Positions 10,483-20,159 are shown, numbered from the stretch's first letter. The stretch is 64,000 bases of DNA from Spirochaetia bacterium (GCA_963677595.1 OY782041.1:768001-832000), one strand, 5' to 3'. Numbers and translations: made by a program. The notes: a model not told the origin generated them from the sequence alone.

Positions 10483-11523
10483 TTAGAGCATATAGCTTCC
10501 ATCAGAGTTGGTCCAGTCGCTCAGGTTATCCTTGTTGACATCGACCCATGCCTGTCCGTAGACGACCGGCACACCATCAGCATTCTTCTTGATGATAATA
10601 CTCTCGTATCCAGGAACACCAAGGTCGATCCCTTCCTTGATCTCCTCGCCCTTGAGCATCATGTATGCGAGTTTCGCAGTTGCGTAACCGGCATCAGCAG
10701 GTACCCAGAAGTGGATTGACTTGGCAGCACCGCTCTTGAGGTAGTCGCCTGCGACTGACGGCAGACAGGTACCGAATGCGGCGACCTTACCGATCAGGCC
10801 CTTCTCCTCGATCGCTGCAGCAGCACCAGGAACGGTACTCATGGCAGAACCCATGACAGCCTTCAGGTCAGGAGTCTTCTTGAGCAGTTCAAGGGTCCTC
10901 TCGTAGGCGATCTGCTGGTTCTCCTGGTCCTCTTCCCGGTTGGCGGGCTTCACGAGGTTGGGGTACTTCTCAGCCATCTGAGCCATCTCACCATCGACCC
11001 ACTGGTTGTGTGTCGGTGAGGTCAGGAAGCCTACGAAGGGCTGCCAGATGCCTTTCTCGCCCATCCAGGCTGCCATGACATCCATCATATGGCGTCCATA
11101 CGCTTCGTTATCGAATGCCTCGAGGTCATAACTTACCTGTTTCTGGTTAGAAGCCTCGTGGGTGAAGGTCAGGATACCAGCCTCGTTGGCTTTCTTGAAT
11201 ACCGGTACGAGTGACTCAGGATCGTTCGGAACGACAAGGATCGCATCCACGCCCTTGGCGATCAGGTCATTGATGATAGCGACCTGTGCAGCAGGGTCTG
11301 CGGTATCAGCACCGACCTGGTATGCATGCACATCATCATACTCTTCATTGAACTTCTCGATTCCCAGTCTCATGTTGTCGAACCATGCGACTCCTTCAAG
11401 CTTGACTACCATAGCGATCTCGAACACATCACTATCTGCGGCAGCTTCTTTCTGTCCTCCAGCAAAGATGATCCCGGTGGATGCAACCACTAAGATCAGC
11501 ATCAGTAACACTAGTCTCTTCAC
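10483..11523 (-). CDS. Sugar ABC transporter solute-binding protein (LsrB/rhamnose-binding-like)
   Basis: GTG start after AGGAGG; signal peptide ...IFAGGQKE; VVKLEGVAWF, KGVDAILVVPND, FWVPADAG. Confidence 0.88.
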   Translation of the reverse strand: MKRLVLLMLILVVASTGIIFAGGQKEAAADSDVFEIAMVVKLEGVAWFDNMRLGIEKFNEEYDDVHAYQVGADTADPAAQVAIINDLIAKGVDAILVVPNDPESLVPVFKKANEAGILTFTHEASNQKQVSYDLEAFDNEAYGRHMMDVMAAWMGEKGIWQPFVGFLTSPTHNQWVDGEMAQMAEKYPNLVKPANREEDQENQQIAYERTLELLKKTPDLKAVMGSAMSTVPGAAAAIEEKGLIGKVAAFGTCLPSVAGDYLKSGAAKSIHFWVPADAGYATAKLAYMMLKGEEIKEGIDLGVPGYESIIIKKNADGVPVVYGQAWVDVNKDNLSDWTNSDGSYML

Positions 11524-11863
11524 AAACAGCCTCCTAAAAAATGTTGAAAAAGAAATGTCGAGCAGTCCTGCACAGCCGTCAGGCACCTCCTTCCGGTCGG
11601 GCAGTCCTCCTTACCTCCTAAGTATCTCCCGTGAAACCAGATTTGTCAAATGTTAATTTCAAATATTTAGATTTACATTTGTTAATCCAATCACGATACT
11701 TCCTGATACCATACAGGTCCTCAGATACTCCATCATAGAACCGTTAAAATCCCAAGTCAAGAAAATTTTATATAAATTTTCAACTATTTTTATATAAACT
11801 TTTTTCTTGTTTTACCTATAATTTTAGTTTACACTATGGCCTAGGATACGAATTGGGGAAGAT

Positions 11864-12925
11864 ATGAAGATTACAATCAAAGATATAGCACAACAGGCAG
11901 AGGTCTCCGTCTCTGCCGTCTCACTTGCCCTCAACGACAAGCCGGGGGTGAGCCGGGAGACGAAGGAGAGGATACTCGCGATCGCCCAGGAGATGGGGTA
12001 CGAGTTCACCGCTCGGGACACGTCAGGAGCTGAGGCCGTAGTACGACTTCTGAAGATCCAGCGCCACGGCCATACGATCAACGCAAGCCACAATATCTTC
12101 ATAGATGACTATATCGACGGGATCAACTCGATCGCATCACGATCGGGGATCACCCTGGAGATCGCGACCTACCATACCGACACATCTATCGAAGAGATCG
12201 CTGAGATCATGGGCAGGAACACCCAGACGAAGGGGTACCTGATCCTGGGTACCGAACTGAGCGCCTCTGATGTCACGACCCTGATCGAGACCGGCAAGGA
12301 TATCGTCTTCATGGACACCTTCATCGACTACATCCCCGCCGACTTCGTTGATATGAACAATACCGATGCCGTCTACAAGATCGTCACCTACCTAGTCGGC
12401 CACGGGCATACCGAGATAGGCCTGATCACCAGCAGCGTCCCGACGAGGAACTTCTACCTCCGTGAGCAGGCCTTCTACCAGGTGATCGAGCACCTCAGGC
12501 TCCCCTATATGGACCAGTACATCGTGGATGTAGATTCCACCTTCAACGGGGCCTATGAGGATATGAAGCGGTACCTTGAGGGGACCCCCACCCTGCCGTC
12601 AGCCTACTTCGTCATCAACGACATCGTGGCACTCGGCTGCATGAAGGCCCTCCAGGAAGCAGGCTATGCCATACCCGACGACATCTCGCTCATTGCCTTC
12701 GACAACCTGCCGATGGCCACGATGGTCTTCCCTGCCCTCACGAGCATCGATGTCTCCAAACGGAAGATCGGACAGAATGCCCTGACGATACTCCTCTCCA
12801 AGTCAGAGCACAATGAGAGCGCCCCGCCCATCAAGATGCTCATTGGGGGAGAGCTCGTCGAACGGGACAGCGTAAGGACCCTTGAAAAAGCAAAGCAAAT
12901 GACCCCCTCGGAATGTTCGTTTTAA
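11864..12925 (+). CDS. LacI family transcriptional regulator
   Basis: TIKDIAQQAEVSVSAVSLALN HTH; IPDDISLIAFDN. Confidence 0.95.
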   Translation: MKITIKDIAQQAEVSVSAVSLALNDKPGVSRETKERILAIAQEMGYEFTARDTSGAEAVVRLLKIQRHGHTINASHNIFIDDYIDGINSIASRSGITLEIATYHTDTSIEEIAEIMGRNTQTKGYLILGTELSASDVTTLIETGKDIVFMDTFIDYIPADFVDMNNTDAVYKIVTYLVGHGHTEIGLITSSVPTRNFYLREQAFYQVIEHLRLPYMDQYIVDVDSTFNGAYEDMKRYLEGTPTLPSAYFVINDIVALGCMKALQEAGYAIPDDISLIAFDNLPMATMVFPALTSIDVSKRKIGQNALTILLSKSEHNESAPPIKMLIGGELVERDSVRTLEKAKQMTPSECSF

Positions 12926-12945
12926 CCCCAAATAATCCAGCAAAC

Positions 12946-12976
12946 TGCTCCAGCCATTGAACACTTGGCAGGAGCA
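12946..12976 (+). terminator. Hairpin downstream of lacI-family gene
   Basis: TGCTCC-AGCCA...TGGC-AGGAGCA. Confidence 0.45.
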
Positions 12977-13164
12977 AGACTATTATTTAAATTGTAATCA
13001 TTATAATCTACTTTACATTTATGTACTAATCATTATAGAATACTCAGGATTAGGCATATGCATAGCATGATGTACCTGTCCCGTGATTCGGTAAATTCAA
13101 AAAGTCATACAGCATACACACACTACATTCATGCGGAAGCAGGATGTAAGTAAGGGGGATAAGC

Positions 13165-15513
13165 ATGGCTAGCGACAATCGGGAATCACGAATGTTGGAC
13201 TTTGCGAGGACCTTCTCCGAGATGGACAGGGAGCAGATTTTCCACTTTGCCGGTATCCTCTTCAACATCTCGGAGAAGATCGGGTTCGAGAACAACGTGA
13301 ACAGGATACTCGAGACTGCCGGGAAGTACCTCAATGTGAGCAGGGCCTACATCTTCGAGGATGACCTGACGCACAACTTCACCAGCAACACCTTCGAGTG
13401 GTGTAATGAGGGGATAGAGCCGCAGATCAATGAGCTTCAGCAGATCCCGTATGAGATCATCGCCTACTGGCCAGAGACCCTGAAGAATCAGAACATGATC
13501 TTTACCCACGATATCCACAGCCTCCCCGATGCTGTGGTGGAGATCCTAGAACCCCAGAGTATCCGCTCCATAGCGGTATACCCCCTGAGGGTAGATGATG
13601 ACCACCAGCTCATCGGATTCATCGGCTTCGATGAATGCACGAGGCAGAGGGTCTGGACGAATAGCGAGCTCACCTACCTCGCTATCACAGCCCGGATCCT
13701 CTCATTGCTCTACGACCAGATCAGGCAGGAGGTTCGACTCAACCAGCTCTTCGATGACCACCCCTATGCCCAGATCTTCTGCAGGGAAGAGGACCTCGGG
13801 ATCGTTGATGCCAACCAGGCATTCCTTGATCTGTGCGGGTACAGCAAGGAGGAGGTCCTGGGTCTCTCCGGCTGGGATTTCGGGCTCTTCGATTCCGGCA
13901 CGAACAAGGACGAACTCCTCACGTACCTGAAGGGGCATGAAACGTTCAGGATCTTCGAGAGCAGGTTCTACTCGAAGGACGGGACCATGTTTACCGGCCT
14001 CTTCGCGGGGCAGATGATCGAGCTCTCCGGGGTCAGGTCCTGGCTCATCGTCATTACCGATATCTCCAAGCGCAAGAAACTCATCGCCGATATCGAGGAG
14101 CAGAAGAACCGCTTCGAACAGATCATCGACGCGACCGGTGTCGGCACCTGGGAGTGGGAGGTCAAGACCGGGAAGGTGACGTTCAATGAGGAATGGGCCA
14201 ACATGCTCGGCTATACCCTCGAGGAGCTTCACCCAATCTCGATAGAGACATGGTTCAGCCTCATGTATCCTGAAGACAGGCCTGAGAGCGACAGGCTGCT
14301 TCAGGAACACTTCAGAAAAGTCACCCCCTGGTATGAATGCGACATCCGCATGATTCACAAGGACGGAAACCTGGTCTGGATCAACGACAGGGGAAAGGTC
14401 ACACAGTGGGATGAAGAAGGGAACCCTGTCAGGATGTTTGGCACCCATACGGACATCACCGTCAGGAAGCAAGAGGAACTCGACCTTGAGGACTCGTTCA
14501 ACTCCCTCATGGAAGGAGCCAAGAACAAGTCCGAGTTCCTCTCCCAGGTCACCCATGAGTTCAAGACCCCGCTGAACATCATCCACAGTCTCAGCAGCCT
14601 CCTGCTCGACATGGAACTGACCGAGACGCAGAAGAACTACCTGCGGAAAATCGAGAAGTCCGCGAATGAGCTCTACGGGTCAGTCTCGAACCTCTTCGAC
14701 CACACAAGGATCGAGGCAGGAAGATTCATCACAAGCTCATCCGACCTCTCCTTCACAGACCTCTTCTCCGAGATAGCTGATTCATTCAGCTTCACCAGTG
14801 AGGATACAGGACTCCCGCTTCTGAGCGAGATCGATCCAGGGCTGCCCGAGTGGATCCATTCAGACGGGACCATCCTGAAACACATCATCACGAACCTCAT
14901 CGGTTTCGCCTTCAAGAATGCGAGAAAGGGAACGGTCCACCTGATCGCGAAGAAGTCAGCCTCCGGAGACCGGCTGCTGCTGACGATACTGTTCAGGGGA
15001 GGAAGGGAGAATCAGGCACTCATACAGTCTCTGGTCAGTGAGGATCCCCTTACCTATGAGGCAGGATTGAGCATGCTCACCACGAAGGAGCTGGTGAACG
15101 TGCTCGGTGGAAGGCTCACCGGGGAACAGATCGGAGCAGAGACGACCCGTCTCACCGTCGATTTCCCCCTGGTGTCGGGACGCAAGGAGAATACCAGGAC
15201 GACCGGGACACCTCCTCTTCCTGACCAGGGAATCACTCTTGCAGGCCCAGCCGGCACCCCGAAACAACCCAGCAGCGAGGAACTCCTCAGCATGGTGACC
15301 GACCTCACGGACTTCAAGGAGACCATCGCCCTCAATGACCCTGCGGCAGCCTCGCGAACCTTCAACAGGCTGCTTGAACAGGAATACTTCAGGGACCTTC
15401 TCGGACAGATTACCAGGGATGAGATCACGCACTGCATCAGGAGCTATCGTTTCGCGGAACTGCAGGACCTGGTCTCAGAGCTGATTGACGGGTTCAGGGG
15501 GGTGCAGAGATGA
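13165..15513 (+). CDS. GAF-PAS-PAS-HisKA sensor protein with degenerate HATPase domain
   Basis: GAF (TFEWCNEG...IGFIGFDEC), PAS domains, H-box THEFKTPLN; N, G1 and G2 boxes degenerate. Confidence 0.85.
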   Translation: MASDNRESRMLDFARTFSEMDREQIFHFAGILFNISEKIGFENNVNRILETAGKYLNVSRAYIFEDDLTHNFTSNTFEWCNEGIEPQINELQQIPYEIIAYWPETLKNQNMIFTHDIHSLPDAVVEILEPQSIRSIAVYPLRVDDDHQLIGFIGFDECTRQRVWTNSELTYLAITARILSLLYDQIRQEVRLNQLFDDHPYAQIFCREEDLGIVDANQAFLDLCGYSKEEVLGLSGWDFGLFDSGTNKDELLTYLKGHETFRIFESRFYSKDGTMFTGLFAGQMIELSGVRSWLIVITDISKRKKLIADIEEQKNRFEQIIDATGVGTWEWEVKTGKVTFNEEWANMLGYTLEELHPISIETWFSLMYPEDRPESDRLLQEHFRKVTPWYECDIRMIHKDGNLVWINDRGKVTQWDEEGNPVRMFGTHTDITVRKQEELDLEDSFNSLMEGAKNKSEFLSQVTHEFKTPLNIIHSLSSLLLDMELTETQKNYLRKIEKSANELYGSVSNLFDHTRIEAGRFITSSSDLSFTDLFSEIADSFSFTSEDTGLPLLSEIDPGLPEWIHSDGTILKHIITNLIGFAFKNARKGTVHLIAKKSASGDRLLLTILFRGGRENQALIQSLVSEDPLTYEAGLSMLTTKELVNVLGGRLTGEQIGAETTRLTVDFPLVSGRKENTRTTGTPPLPDQGITLAGPAGTPKQPSSEELLSMVTDLTDFKETIALNDPAAASRTFNRLLEQEYFRDLLGQITRDEITHCIRSYRFAELQDLVSELIDGFRGVQR

Positions 15514-16622
15514 CAGGGAACAAGACCATCCTCATCGTGGATGACGTCATAGAGAACATCGACATCCTGATCGGCATCCTTGAGGGGAGCTACCGGATCC
15601 GGGTCGCGACCTCAGGGAAGGAAGCCCTTTCCCAGGTACGGAAAGAGCAGCCTGACCTCATCCTCCTCGACTTCATGCTTCCTGACATGAGCGGGTACGA
15701 TGTCTGCAGGGAGATCAAGGCGAACGAGGAGACTACTGCGATCCCGGTCATCCTCACATCTTCATATACGAACATCCAGAACGAGGAGCTCGGCCTGCGT
15801 GTCGGAGCTATCGATTTCATCTATGAGCCCTTCGTCTCTGACCTTGTCCGGATTCGGGTGCAGAACCACCTGCAGATCTATGATAAGCACCGCGAACTCG
15901 AGGATGAGGTCTCTCGAAGGACCAGGAAAATCCAGCAGGTCCAGGATGCCATGATCGCTTCCTTCGCGTTCATGACCGAAGCCAGGGACCAGGAGACGGG
16001 TGACCATATCTTCCGTACCCAGCAATACTTCGAGATCCTCGCAGAAGAGGTCTACTCCTGCAGGCCGGGCCTATTCAGCTTCGAGTCCATCAAACCCATG
16101 GCCCTTTCGAGCTCCCTCCACGACATCGGGAAGATCGGGATCCCGGACCAGATTCTGCTCAAGCGGGGACCGCTCTCACCCGAGGAGTTCGAGATCATGA
16201 AAGGACACCCGAGGATCGGCGGGGAGATTCTGAGGAAGACCAGTGAATACCTCGGGGGCAAGGAGAACGACTTCCTCCTCTTCGGCAAGGAGATCTCTTC
16301 CTGCCACCATGAACGGTGGGATGGGACGGGGTACCCCAACGGGTTGAAGGGAGAGAGAATCCCCATTTCGGCACGGATCATGTCCATTATCGACGTCTAT
16401 GACGCCCTGCGTTCCGAACGGCCATACAAGAGGGCCTTCTCCCATGAGAAATCGATCTCAATCATCTTTGAGGGTGACGGGAGGGTACAACCTGAACATT
16501 TCGATCCCCTCATCCTTGAGGCTTTCTCCAACCTTGAACCGGTTATGGAGAGGATCTCCTCCGCTGCCCATCCAAGCCAGTATAGCAAGGACAGCGAGAA
16601 AGTCTTCAATGTGAACATCTGA
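15510..16622 (+). CDS. REC-HD-GYP response regulator (RpfG-like cyclic-dinucleotide phosphodiesterase)
   Basis: ILIVDD...LLDFMLPD; HDIGKIGIPD, HHERWDGTGYP, DVYDALRSERPYK; ATGA overlap with the kinase gene. Confidence 0.92.
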   Translation: MTGNKTILIVDDVIENIDILIGILEGSYRIRVATSGKEALSQVRKEQPDLILLDFMLPDMSGYDVCREIKANEETTAIPVILTSSYTNIQNEELGLRVGAIDFIYEPFVSDLVRIRVQNHLQIYDKHRELEDEVSRRTRKIQQVQDAMIASFAFMTEARDQETGDHIFRTQQYFEILAEEVYSCRPGLFSFESIKPMALSSSLHDIGKIGIPDQILLKRGPLSPEEFEIMKGHPRIGGEILRKTSEYLGGKENDFLLFGKEISSCHHERWDGTGYPNGLKGERIPISARIMSIIDVYDALRSERPYKRAFSHEKSISIIFEGDGRVQPEHFDPLILEAFSNLEPVMERISSAAHPSQYSKDSEKVFNVNI

Positions 16623-16684
16623 CCTACTATACCCATTCATGCCAACCAATGAGTTTCATCTGCTATAGGGGTATGCAAGGGCAC

Positions 16685-16775
16685 AAAAAAAACCCCTCAG
16701 GGAAAAGGAGGTTAAAAACCCTGAGGGGAACATCAAAAGGAGGTCGATGAAAAAAGTCTTATGCTCTTTCATAAC
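16685..16775 (-). ncRNA. Candidate small RNA with two anti-SD (ACCUCCUUUU) loops
   Basis: Perfect 10-bp GC stem 16693-16702/16719-16728 plus U8 tail on the minus strand; AAAAGGAGGT at 16703-16712 and 16735-16744; upstream TGTAAC-N14-CGTTG. Confidence 0.55.
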
Positions 16776-16780
16776 AATAA

Positions 16781-16805
16781 CAACGTCCTGCCACAAAAGG
16801 TTACA
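16781..16805 (-). promoter_or_regulatory. ECF-sigma-type promoter TGTAAC-N14-CGTTG
   Basis: Same motif recurs upstream of the OMP-like genes at 61947-61970 and 62880-62904. Confidence 0.55.
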
Positions 16806-16873
16806 AAAAAACTTTTTCAACAACTATATAAATAAGTTATCTTTGCCGGATAACTGATTTAACTTTGTTTCGC

Positions 16874-17437
16874 CTATAACATAGTCATAACCGAAAAATA
16901 AATCAAGTACCTGCAACACATTTTCACACTTTTTTTATCGAATGAAAACTGCTGCTTCAAACACTATACATAGCGTAAGATTCTTCTTCCTACGCTATAT
17001 GGTCAATTCTTCATGGAAAAGGGCTGTCTGGTATTCTCCAGGACATCCCTCCAGAGGCTCCCCTCGATCTTGACCCTGTTGCGTTCTGCAACAGCTACCC
17101 GGATCGGGATATGCACGAACTTGTTGTTCAGGAGGCTGATCAGGGTCCTCGTCTTTCCCGCCATGGCAGCGTGGACCGCATGGGCCCCGAGCCGTGAGCA
17201 GTAGATGGAATCGTTCGGGTTGGCAGGGGCACTTCGGATGATGTAGCTCGGGTCGATGTACTTGATGTTGACCTCGATCTCCTCATCATCGAAATACTGC
17301 GCGATCCTCTCCTTGAGGTACTCCCCGATGTTCACCAGCTTCTTGTTTCCTGAGGCATCGGTCTCCTTCGTCTCCTCGAGCAGGTTCTGTCCTGCTCCCT
17401 CAGCGACGAGGATGACGGCATGGTCCCGGTCGAGGAT
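16874..17437. repeat. 564-bp direct repeat, left copy (target-site duplication)
   Basis: Appears identical to 19596-20159 (offset 2722); abuts the IS left inverted repeat. Confidence 0.92.
17003..17437 (-). pseudogene. Duplicated 3' fragment of pfk
   Basis: Encodes the same C-terminus (...[13 protein letters not shown]) as the intact pfk; an in-frame stop lies immediately inside the IS end. Confidence 0.9.
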
Positions 17438-19595
17438 CCGGTCTTTTTACCAGAATTAGCGAGTATGCCCATTTTCCCCATTTCAGCCCTGTCTAGGGCT
17501 ATTTTTTTGGCCATTACGAATTTTTAAAGAAATATTACTGTGCTACGTTGTACCACGTTGCGCCACGCTACCAAATGTGTTACACTATATTACACAGGAG
17601 GTAGCCCATGTATGTCTCCGTTATCCCAGAACACGCAACCGGCAAGCATCTGATGCAGTACGTCACAAGTACCCGCAAAGGGAAAAAGACTAAGAAAACC
17701 ACGGAGGAAACCATCGGCTATGTCGAGGACTTCCTTGATCGCTATGATGACCCGGTCGCTCACTTCAAAGCAGAGGCCAAGCGGATCACAGCAGAGCGGA
17801 AAGCTCAGCAGAAGACTATAGGGGTTGAACTCCAACCCGATGCACGGCTTCCCTTCGATCCGGATACCCACAGCTTCTCCCGTGAATTCAACATCGGCCA
17901 TGCGGCGATCAGTCAGGTATTCCACACCCTTGACCTCCACACCTTCTTTGATCGGCGCCGGATAAAGCTTGATGTGCAGTTCAATCTGACCGCTGTCATG
18001 AAACTCCTCATCTATGAGCGTATTCTGGCTCCTGCCTCCAAACGCGCTACCTGGAAGTCTCGAAGGCGATACTTTGACAAGATGGACTTCAATCTCAATG
18101 CGGTATACCAGACCCTTTCTCACATCAACCCCTGGACTGATGACCTGATCGCTCACCTGCATGCGAAGATGGTAGAACTCTATGACCGGGATACCACCCT
18201 CATGTACTATGATGTGACCAACTACTACTTTGAGATCGACGAAGCTGATGATTTTCGCATAAGGGGAATCTGCAAGGAGCACCGTCCGTTACCGATCGTG
18301 CAGATGGGGCTGTTCATGGATGAACAGGGCTTCCCGGTGTCCTTTGACTTGTTTCCCGGTAATGTCAATGACTGCCTGACCTTTGAAGCAATGAGCGAGC
18401 ATGCCAGAACCCTGTTTGAGGCCAAGCATCTGATCTTCGTAGCTGACAAGGCCATGCTCACGGGGAACAACATCGCAGATGTGATCCTCCATCATAACGG
18501 GTATGTCTTCAGCAAGTCGGTACGGGGCGGGACGAAAAAACTCAAGCAGGCGGTCAGGGATCCTCATGGCTATCTGCGGTTTGCGGAAGACGGGAAGCTC
18601 ATTGCGCCTGGTGACAACGAGACGGCAGTCTGGTCCAAGTACAAGATCCTTGATGAGCAGAAACCCACCTATGTGACGAACACGGACGGCAAGCGGGTAG
18701 CCTCCTCAGGTGTTGGCCACTACCAGATCATCTATTGGTCACGTGCGTATGACAAACGAGCCAAAGCGCAGCGGCTGGAAGCGGTAGAGCATGCGCTTGA
18801 TGCATCATCACGGCAGAGTAAGGAAGTCATCGACAGTAACTACGGGAAGAACAAGTATCTGATGACCATGGTCTATGATCCCCAGACCAAGAAGTATACC
18901 GACAACTATAAGGCCAAGACGGAGTTTGATGCTGCCAAGCTTGAAGAAGATGAGTCGTTTGACGGATTCTATGTCATTGAGACCAATGTGACGGGGCTCA
19001 GACCGTTTGTCGATGCCAGGGGACATGAGACCGGTGAACTCGAGCCTGCGTTTGCCACACCTCACCGCTGGCTCAAAGAAGAGGGCATGCTGCAGCTCAA
19101 CCGGCCGATTGGCCCTCTGGATATTATTACGATGTACCATGGGCTGTGGAAGATCGAACAGTCCTTCAGGGTCACCAAGAGTGAGTTGGATGCCCGTCCG
19201 GTCTTTCTGTCTTTAGAGGATCGAATTCATTCCCACTTCCTTACCTGCTTCATCGCTCTGCTCATCCTGCGTATCCTGGAGCATGAACTCGATCATGAAT
19301 TCTCAACAGAGCAGATAGGGACTTCCCTGAATCAGGCGAATGTCGCAGAGATCACTGGGGCAACGTACATGACTTTGCAGTACGATGAAGTCCAAAAGGC
19401 TTTGAAGGAAAAGATGGGAATCCCGTTCGGCATGAATGTATACTCGAGAGCTGCGATCAAGAAGATGATCGCTGAGACGAAAAAAAACCGGAAACGGTAG
19501 GGACGTACTACAAGTTTTTTTAGCCAGGTGCTGACCTATTGTGTTGTATTGCAATAGGTTAGCGCCGTCATTTCCTAAATTGGTAAAAACACAGG
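17438..19595 (+). mobile_element. IS1634-family insertion sequence (2158 bp)
   Basis: Imperfect terminal IRs CCGGTCTTTTTACCAGAATTAG / rc CCTGTGTTTTTACCAATTTAGG; single DDE transposase; internal terminator-like hairpin AGCCCT-gtct-AGGGCT-A-T7 at 17485-17508. Confidence 0.9.
17608..19500 (+). CDS. IS1634 family transposase
   Basis: YYDVTNYYFE, GICKEHRPLPIVQMGL, FVADKAM, YHGLWKIEQSFRVTKSELDARPVF. Confidence 0.93.
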   Translation: MYVSVIPEHATGKHLMQYVTSTRKGKKTKKTTEETIGYVEDFLDRYDDPVAHFKAEAKRITAERKAQQKTIGVELQPDARLPFDPDTHSFSREFNIGHAAISQVFHTLDLHTFFDRRRIKLDVQFNLTAVMKLLIYERILAPASKRATWKSRRRYFDKMDFNLNAVYQTLSHINPWTDDLIAHLHAKMVELYDRDTTLMYYDVTNYYFEIDEADDFRIRGICKEHRPLPIVQMGLFMDEQGFPVSFDLFPGNVNDCLTFEAMSEHARTLFEAKHLIFVADKAMLTGNNIADVILHHNGYVFSKSVRGGTKKLKQAVRDPHGYLRFAEDGKLIAPGDNETAVWSKYKILDEQKPTYVTNTDGKRVASSGVGHYQIIYWSRAYDKRAKAQRLEAVEHALDASSRQSKEVIDSNYGKNKYLMTMVYDPQTKKYTDNYKAKTEFDAAKLEEDESFDGFYVIETNVTGLRPFVDARGHETGELEPAFATPHRWLKEEGMLQLNRPIGPLDIITMYHGLWKIEQSFRVTKSELDARPVFLSLEDRIHSHFLTCFIALLILRILEHELDHEFSTEQIGTSLNQANVAEITGATYMTLQYDEVQKALKEKMGIPFGMNVYSRAAIKKMIAETKKNRKR

Positions 19596-20159
19596 CTATA
19601 ACATAGTCATAACCGAAAAATAAATCAAGTACCTGCAACACATTTTCACACTTTTTTTATCGAATGAAAACTGCTGCTTCAAACACTATACATAGCGTAA
19701 GATTCTTCTTCCTACGCTATATGGTCAATTCTTCATGGAAAAGGGCTGTCTGGTATTCTCCAGGACATCCCTCCAGAGGCTCCCCTCGATCTTGACCCTG
19801 TTGCGTTCTGCAACAGCTACCCGGATCGGGATATGCACGAACTTGTTGTTCAGGAGGCTGATCAGGGTCCTCGTCTTTCCCGCCATGGCAGCGTGGACCG
19901 CATGGGCCCCGAGCCGTGAGCAGTAGATGGAATCGTTCGGGTTGGCAGGGGCACTTCGGATGATGTAGCTCGGGTCGATGTACTTGATGTTGACCTCGAT
20001 CTCCTCATCATCGAAATACTGCGCGATCCTCTCCTTGAGGTACTCCCCGATGTTCACCAGCTTCTTGTTTCCTGAGGCATCGGTCTCCTTCGTCTCCTCG
20101 AGCAGGTTCTGTCCTGCTCCCTCAGCGACGAGGATGACGGCATGGTCCCGGTCGAGGAT
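19596..20159. repeat. 564-bp direct repeat, right copy
   Basis: Matches 16874-17437; contains the 3' end of intact pfk and its downstream ATAGCGTA/TACGCTAT hairpin. Confidence 0.92.

Noticed and set aside
11767-11798. Two TTTATATAAA palindromes 22 bp apart upstream of lacI
   Set aside because: Low-complexity AT-rich promoter DNA lacking the usual LacI central CG; cannot be separated from chance
16747-16857. Plus-strand 36-aa ORF (MKKVLCSFITITTSCHKR...) with a perfect SD
   Set aside because: AT-rich, non-host codon usage, no recognisable domain, and it runs through the minus-strand promoter motif. The U-tail orientation favours a minus-strand RNA. Not fully excluded.
17003-17335. 110-aa PFK C-terminal ORF as a separate gene
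   Set aside because: It is only the duplicated target sequence, and a stop codon prevents fusion with any IS frame
17543-17572. Three degenerate 10-bp repeats (GCTACGTTGT/ACCACGTTGC/GCCACGCTAC) inside the IS left end
   Set aside because: Too short and without spacers, so not CRISPR; at most transposase-binding or promoter elements
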